From: Auanema rhodensis
Taxonomy: Eukaryota > Animalia > Nematoda
NCBI GenBank assembly: GCA_964057225.1
Contig: OZ059896.1
Coordinates: forward strand, 15,748,001 to 15,812,000
Direction of reading: 5' to 3'
DNA: 64,000 nucleotides
Positions 58,548-64,000 of this stretch are shown one piece after another. The position numbers and the translations under genes are program-made. Below the pieces are notes generated by a model. That model did no database searches and was not told the origin of the DNA. It saw only the letters and a list, made by a program, of their open reading frames with translations. Position 1 is the stretch's first letter. The number at the start of each line of letters is the position of its first letter.

Positions 58548-61500
58548 GCATTCTCTCCTGTTCGTCTTCCTCATCTTCTTATGATGAGTGAAGTAACCTT
58601 TTAATCGCGTGTATGAAACCATTTTTCAACTTGAATCATATATTCAGCTTATAGCTTGATTTGAAACGCCACGTGCTTACTACACGTGAAATTGGTCTAT
58701 TCATTATTTGAATAGTGCAAATGTCTGAAGCGGTTGTTAATTCTCTTTTGAGTCCACCCTCCCTTTTAGCAGCATTTTTCCCCATTTTTATGTTCCATTA
58801 TCTTTTTTCTTCCTCTCCTTCTCTTAATTTCTTCTTTTCCTTTTCATCTATTCCCATATATTTCTTCGACGTACCATTGTTCCCGAATGAATATTCGAGC
58901 GATGTATATCTTTGAATAAATGGCAAAATCCAGAGCAACTTAAGCTTCCTGTGTCCTGCAAATAAGAGTTGAAATAACTGCATTTATCCCATAAAGTGCT
59001 ACCAAAGTCTAGATATAGAAAGAGAGAATTAGAGGTCAGAAAGTATAGTATTCAGACCCACATCTACTAAACTCAATGAGTTAACGTCACTGCGCTCTTT
59101 GTCATTTTCTTGTCAATGACCCATATTCATTAACTAGTCATCATCATTATCATAATCATAATTATCAACGTCATCTTCATCATTAAAGTTGCTTATCATC
59201 ATTATTAAAACCATAAATGACGCTTATATTAAGGAATAAGCTTTGTACATGGCTTATGTAACTAATTTAATAAGTATTAATTCATTTTCTTAACTTCATG
59301 TTAACATAGCATTTTTCAAATCAAATGAATTCTGAAGCATTTATCAAAACTTTAAAAAAAAGCCTTGTAAAGCTATATATAGGATTACCATATGCCATTT
59401 CGATCATTCAATAATAGTTTTTTCTTTTCTTTTTATATGCACATGTCACTTCTTCATATTCAGATAACTTTAAGAATTCATTTGATCATATTTACCATCT
59501 GAAAAAAAACGTTAAAAATCATATTTGATTATGAAATATCTCCTTCACATCTAAACTTCTTTCGTTTTTTTTATTCCGATTTTTATATAAGATTGAAAAT
59601 ATGTTTAAAAGAAGAGGAAGTAAAATAAAAAGAAGAAAAAAGAAAAATATAAGCTCTGTATTTGTAATCTTTTCACTTGAAAACTACAAAAAAACTACCT
59701 TTGAAGCTATTAATGTTCACATGAAGTCACTAAAGGATTATCTTTCAGTCATAGTGTTTCTGCAAAAAAAAAAATCAAAGATTACGTTAGTCTATCACCC
59801 TCAACTAGTTATCTATGTATCTACATTGATATATACTATAGATAGTATGTTGCAGATGGCAATGAGAAGTCTCTATTTCAAACTAACAAAAGCTCATCTG
59901 TTCTATCCATGTAACATCTTTCATATTTATATGTTTATATGCTGTATGTATGTTAGAATGACCGAAGAAAGACCTTTTCATGCCGTCCTTTCCACAGAAC
60001 AGAAGACATAATCTGATATATATATATATGTGCTTATATATGTATATATAAGTATATGAACTTTATATATTATATATTATATATGTGTAAATGAACGTAT
60101 AGATATTTGGCTCAATTGCCTTATTTATCTTTTACAATCTAAAATCAGATCCATGCTGCTGCACATTGCAGAGCTAGCTAGTTTCATACATACATATACA
60201 TATTATGTACATAATACATTCATGAAGCTTTAAACGAAGAAAAGAAAAAAAACCAAATTTCTTCTCATTTCTTCCATAAATTCTATTAGTTAGTTAAACA
60301 ATTTATTTACGAGAAAACAACAAAACTTGAATAATCAGCTTATATAGGTTTAGTTTGATGTTTACTATTACTTCAGACAACTTTTTGATATGAATAGTCA
60401 ACTAAGGAAGCAAAACTTATAAACAGAACGCCTTATTTCACTCATAGTCACCCTATTTATCATCTAGATTTACTTGTCTTTGTCTTTTTTTCTTTTAATT
60501 TTTCCTCTAATTTCTCTTATAACTATCGTCACTCATCAAATTGCGTCATTTGTCATTTCGATCCAGTGAAAAAGCAGAATTTTCATAAATCATCATAATT
60601 ACTGACGTCTCATGGACATATAAGCCAGCCGGGAAGGGTTCTTTTTTTCTGAGTCCGAACCTACTGTCTCTGAATGCTGCTTCAATAATGATATGGCTGT
60701 TCTCATTTGTGGTTGTCGCTCCGACTAGAGAATCTAGCAGCTCATATTGGCTGTGGTGATAGCTGATGTTCGAGCATGCCACCTGAATTCGAATTTTCTA
60801 AACACTACACCCACAACTCATGCAATAAGTTCATCAGAATAGGTAATGTTTTCCGCTATTATCTACATCATCATCTTCATCGTAGTTCGTCGTTGTCGTC
60901 ATCGTTGTCATCACTTAGTAATTTTTAGTTAGAATATCGTCGTTCTATCTTAAAGATACTTAGTTAATAACAATAGTGGCATATACGTGATGCCGTCAAG
61001 TCTACTACACTCAAGAATTCCAAAACATCTCTGTATCGTTGCAGCTAGAACTGCTTGAACGCGGAAGTTTTTCAAGCCGGGTGGGTGCGAATGAGGTTCG
61101 TAGGTCATACCCTCAATCCAATCGCATACAAGATTCTCCTATACATTTACATGTATAGCAATGATGTTGGAATTTATAATTGGAGACTAGATATGTATGT
61201 GTGTCAGCTCATCACTAATGATTGACATCAAGTTGCCGAAAAGCCGTCAAAAAAAGTTTTTTTGAATAAAAGGCTCACATTCTTTGTTTTCATTTCCCTA
61301 CAATCTGATCTTTTTAAATATATTGTTAGTGATTATTATATAAATTTAAATGAAAATAGAAAGAGTTACATGTTCTACAATGACCCTCGTCCGGATAGGA
61401 TACAGGTGAATGAATCTGATTAGAAGCTATATTCTATGAATGTCTTCTAGTGTTTAAGCTCGTTTGTCTTTTTTTTTGTTATTTTTTGATCCTTCAAATG

Positions 61501-61937
61501 TACATATTTTATTTATCTTTGGAAACAAAGAAAAATTAAAAATTCTTTTATTTTCAGGGATGTATTAGTGGTTTTAAGTTGTCTCATTTACTCTCTTTAT
61601 ATGTCCATATTCGTTTTTTTTACCTCTCCATATCATATTCATTGCTTACATCACATCTCTAACCATCATTTTCTCTCTCTCTTCTTGTCCCTTCACTCCC
61701 TCCTTTCCAGCTCTCACTCTCCCTCCTTTTTCTGATATGTTTTCATCGAACACACACACACACACACACATGCACATACACATAAAAAAGAAAAAAAATA
61801 AGGGATTTCACTTCAATAAAGAGTTCCCAATAGTAACTTGCGGTCTTCTATTTAATTTACTTTTTTAGCTGACACAAAATATGAAATAAGAACTGGTTAA
61901 GCTTATGTGCTTGTTATAATTAAAAGTTACATATCTA

Positions 61938-61941
<4 letters not shown>

Positions 61942-61990
<49 letters not shown>
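61942..61990. repeat. (CT)n microsatellite
   Basis: Direct reading. Confidence 0.95.
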
Positions 61991-61993
<3 letters not shown>

Positions 61994-63112
61994 CATTTCT
62001 CTCAATCTCATAATGTTAATATATGTTTACTTCATTATATAATCTTTAGTCCATTTATCTTATTCAATATTATCTTTATTGTACCTTGAACTAATGAAAA
62101 CCAACAATGATCCTCATATTTTCTACAAAGATTCCCTGAAGTATCTTCCATCATACTTCTATCTGCATTACATTGCTGCTTCTTGTCTCAGCTGAATAGA
62201 GAACAGCAAGTTCATCTACGAATAATCTTAAAAATGTGAAATTCAATTCACTGCTTACATATCATGTTATCTTTTGTTTGACACTAAAACTTGGGGAAAG
62301 TTCAAACCAGCATACTTTAGAGAAGATTGCTGATTTGAACAACGAACGAAGGAACTAACCTTGTTTCTCGTATGAGCAGTAGCTGCAGCATTAACATCAA
62401 TGTCTTACCTACACCAATATACTATCATTTTTTACGATTTGAAATATAAAAAAGAGCAAATTACTAAAGTTATAACATAATATAAGCTTAAGAAAAAGAA
62501 AATGTTGTCTATGTAAATATCAAATTATATTTTTAAATTAAAAAAAAAAAGAAAAAAGAATCTGTTTTGTCTTGTAATAGGTCAACATTACATCATGAAA
62601 AACGTTTAAAATATCGTATTAACATATCATTCCTCTTCTGTTTATTTTTGTTTTTTTTTATTTTTAAACGAAAAAACATCTTCTTTTTTTTGGTTTCCAT
62701 CATCTTCTTTTACTAAGATTCAAGAAAAAAAGACATCATCTGAATGGTTTCACTGCGAACTCTGGCAATCGCATTGTTTATTCCTTTTTTTTCAATGAAC
62801 ATGAATATTCGAAGAATATTATATACTTATTCTGATAATGACAAAAAAAGTTTCCCATAGAATACTCAAAGAGAAAGAGGTCATGAAAGCTTATTTCTTG
62901 TTGATATGTTGTCAATAGATGATTTCAAATTGTTCCTTTTGCTGAATCTCCCTCCTGTGTTTTGACGTTTATCTATCCCAAACAAACACAGACATTCACA
63001 ATTTCTTCTTTTTTTTTGTCATCATCTCCACAGAGTTTACCTATCTTACTAAAAAGATAATAATATATCTTACTGAAAACGCTTTGTTTTCGGAAGTTTT
63101 TGAATTTTTTGT

Positions 63113-63114
<2 letters not shown>

Positions 63115-63159
<45 letters not shown>

Positions 63160-63185
63160 TCTTTCTTTCTTTCTTTCTTTCTTTC
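63115..63185. repeat. (CT)n/(CTTT)n microsatellite
   Basis: Direct reading. Confidence 0.95.
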
Positions 63186-64000
63186 ATTTTCTTTTATCTT
63201 ATCTTCAGACTCATTTGACTTAAATTTTACTTTCTCGGTTAACTGCCACCCCATTCTCGCAGTCGCCAGATCATCGTTTACCCACCCATGCTTCTCCCAG
63301 CAAGCTCTTCACACTCACCCTCACTTCCTATTCTATACCCCCTGAAAGCTTGAGTTCAATTCATTCAACTTAGTCCCAAATACAACGCACAGATGTTACT
63401 TTCAGATTATTTTTTATTTTTTAATTCTTGTTCTCATTGTTCAATCAAAAACGAAAAATGATCTTTTCAACCGGCTACCAATATCCAATTTAAAAAAACA
63501 AATAAACAGTGTAATCTATCTCAATTTCTATATAACATTCTTAGGTGAGTCAACCGAAATTTGGCTGAGAGCTAGCTATCGAATTCACTGTTCCTTATTT
63601 GAACTCAGATATTCCGGATATCTCAGATAGCATGCACGTGATGCTGTTCATATTTACAGCATTACAGGCATTTTGTCTAAGACTCTGTTCCTGATCAGCA
63701 CAGACAAATAATATTTTTCGCCGAAAATTTAAAAAAAAACTGCCTACATAATCACAGGGCTGACAGAAAGCACTCAAACCCTTGCTTTTCGTCATGTATA
63801 CTAGCAGTCTTCTTCCGAAAAAAATTAGAGAAAATCACAAATTTTCTCACGTCTTTCTCAAATTTCTACGTTTTGCAGATGGTATCTGTAGTTCTGTTTC
63901 TGCAATACATATAAATAATTATTAATTATAAATTCAATTAATAAAAATACTATTTTACCCATTTCTCCTCTCAAGGTCTCAGATATATCATCACGAGATC

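Noticed and set aside
60546-60782. 78-aa - strand ORF following an ATTCAG acceptor
   Set aside because: No recognisable domain, and I could not build a consistent multi-exon model; kept only as an island in the gene-poor-region finding.
62973-63345. ORFs with (ER)n/(LS)n runs (also 16690, 17211, 25709, 34064, 39638, 61907)
   Set aside because: Translations of (GA)/(CT) microsatellites.

Overview
This is AT-rich eukaryotic DNA with nematode-style gene structure (about 42-55 nt introns, TTTCAG acceptors); the species cannot be determined from the sequence. It is not prokaryotic, and I found no CRISPR array, rRNA or tRNA. Eight spliced protein genes can be rebuilt by hand: a large secreted Ser/Thr mucin-like protein (-, probably running off the left edge), a small secreted C6-domain protein (+), a GPI-anchored Ly6/ODR-2 (HOT-family) protein (-), an NR2E-type nuclear receptor with a CDGCRG P-box (-), a 4-TM membrane protein (-), a P4-ATPase flippase (tat-2/ATP8B type, -), spt-5 (-) and a nucleotide-diphospho-sugar transferase (+). 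Other features are a decayed Merlin (IS1595/ISXO2-like) DNA transposon with TIRs, a 1.5-kb 27-28-bp satellite just upstream of the nuclear receptor, and many microsatellites. The last 14 kb has no recognisable gene. The most notable observations are the satellite packed with HRE/E-box cores in the receptor promoter, an apparent GT..CG intron, alternative flippase C-termini (PDZ-type ETQV versus a spliced tail) and an in-frame flippase cassette exon. I see no clearly new multi-gene system; the findings are mostly regulatory and splicing hypotheses.
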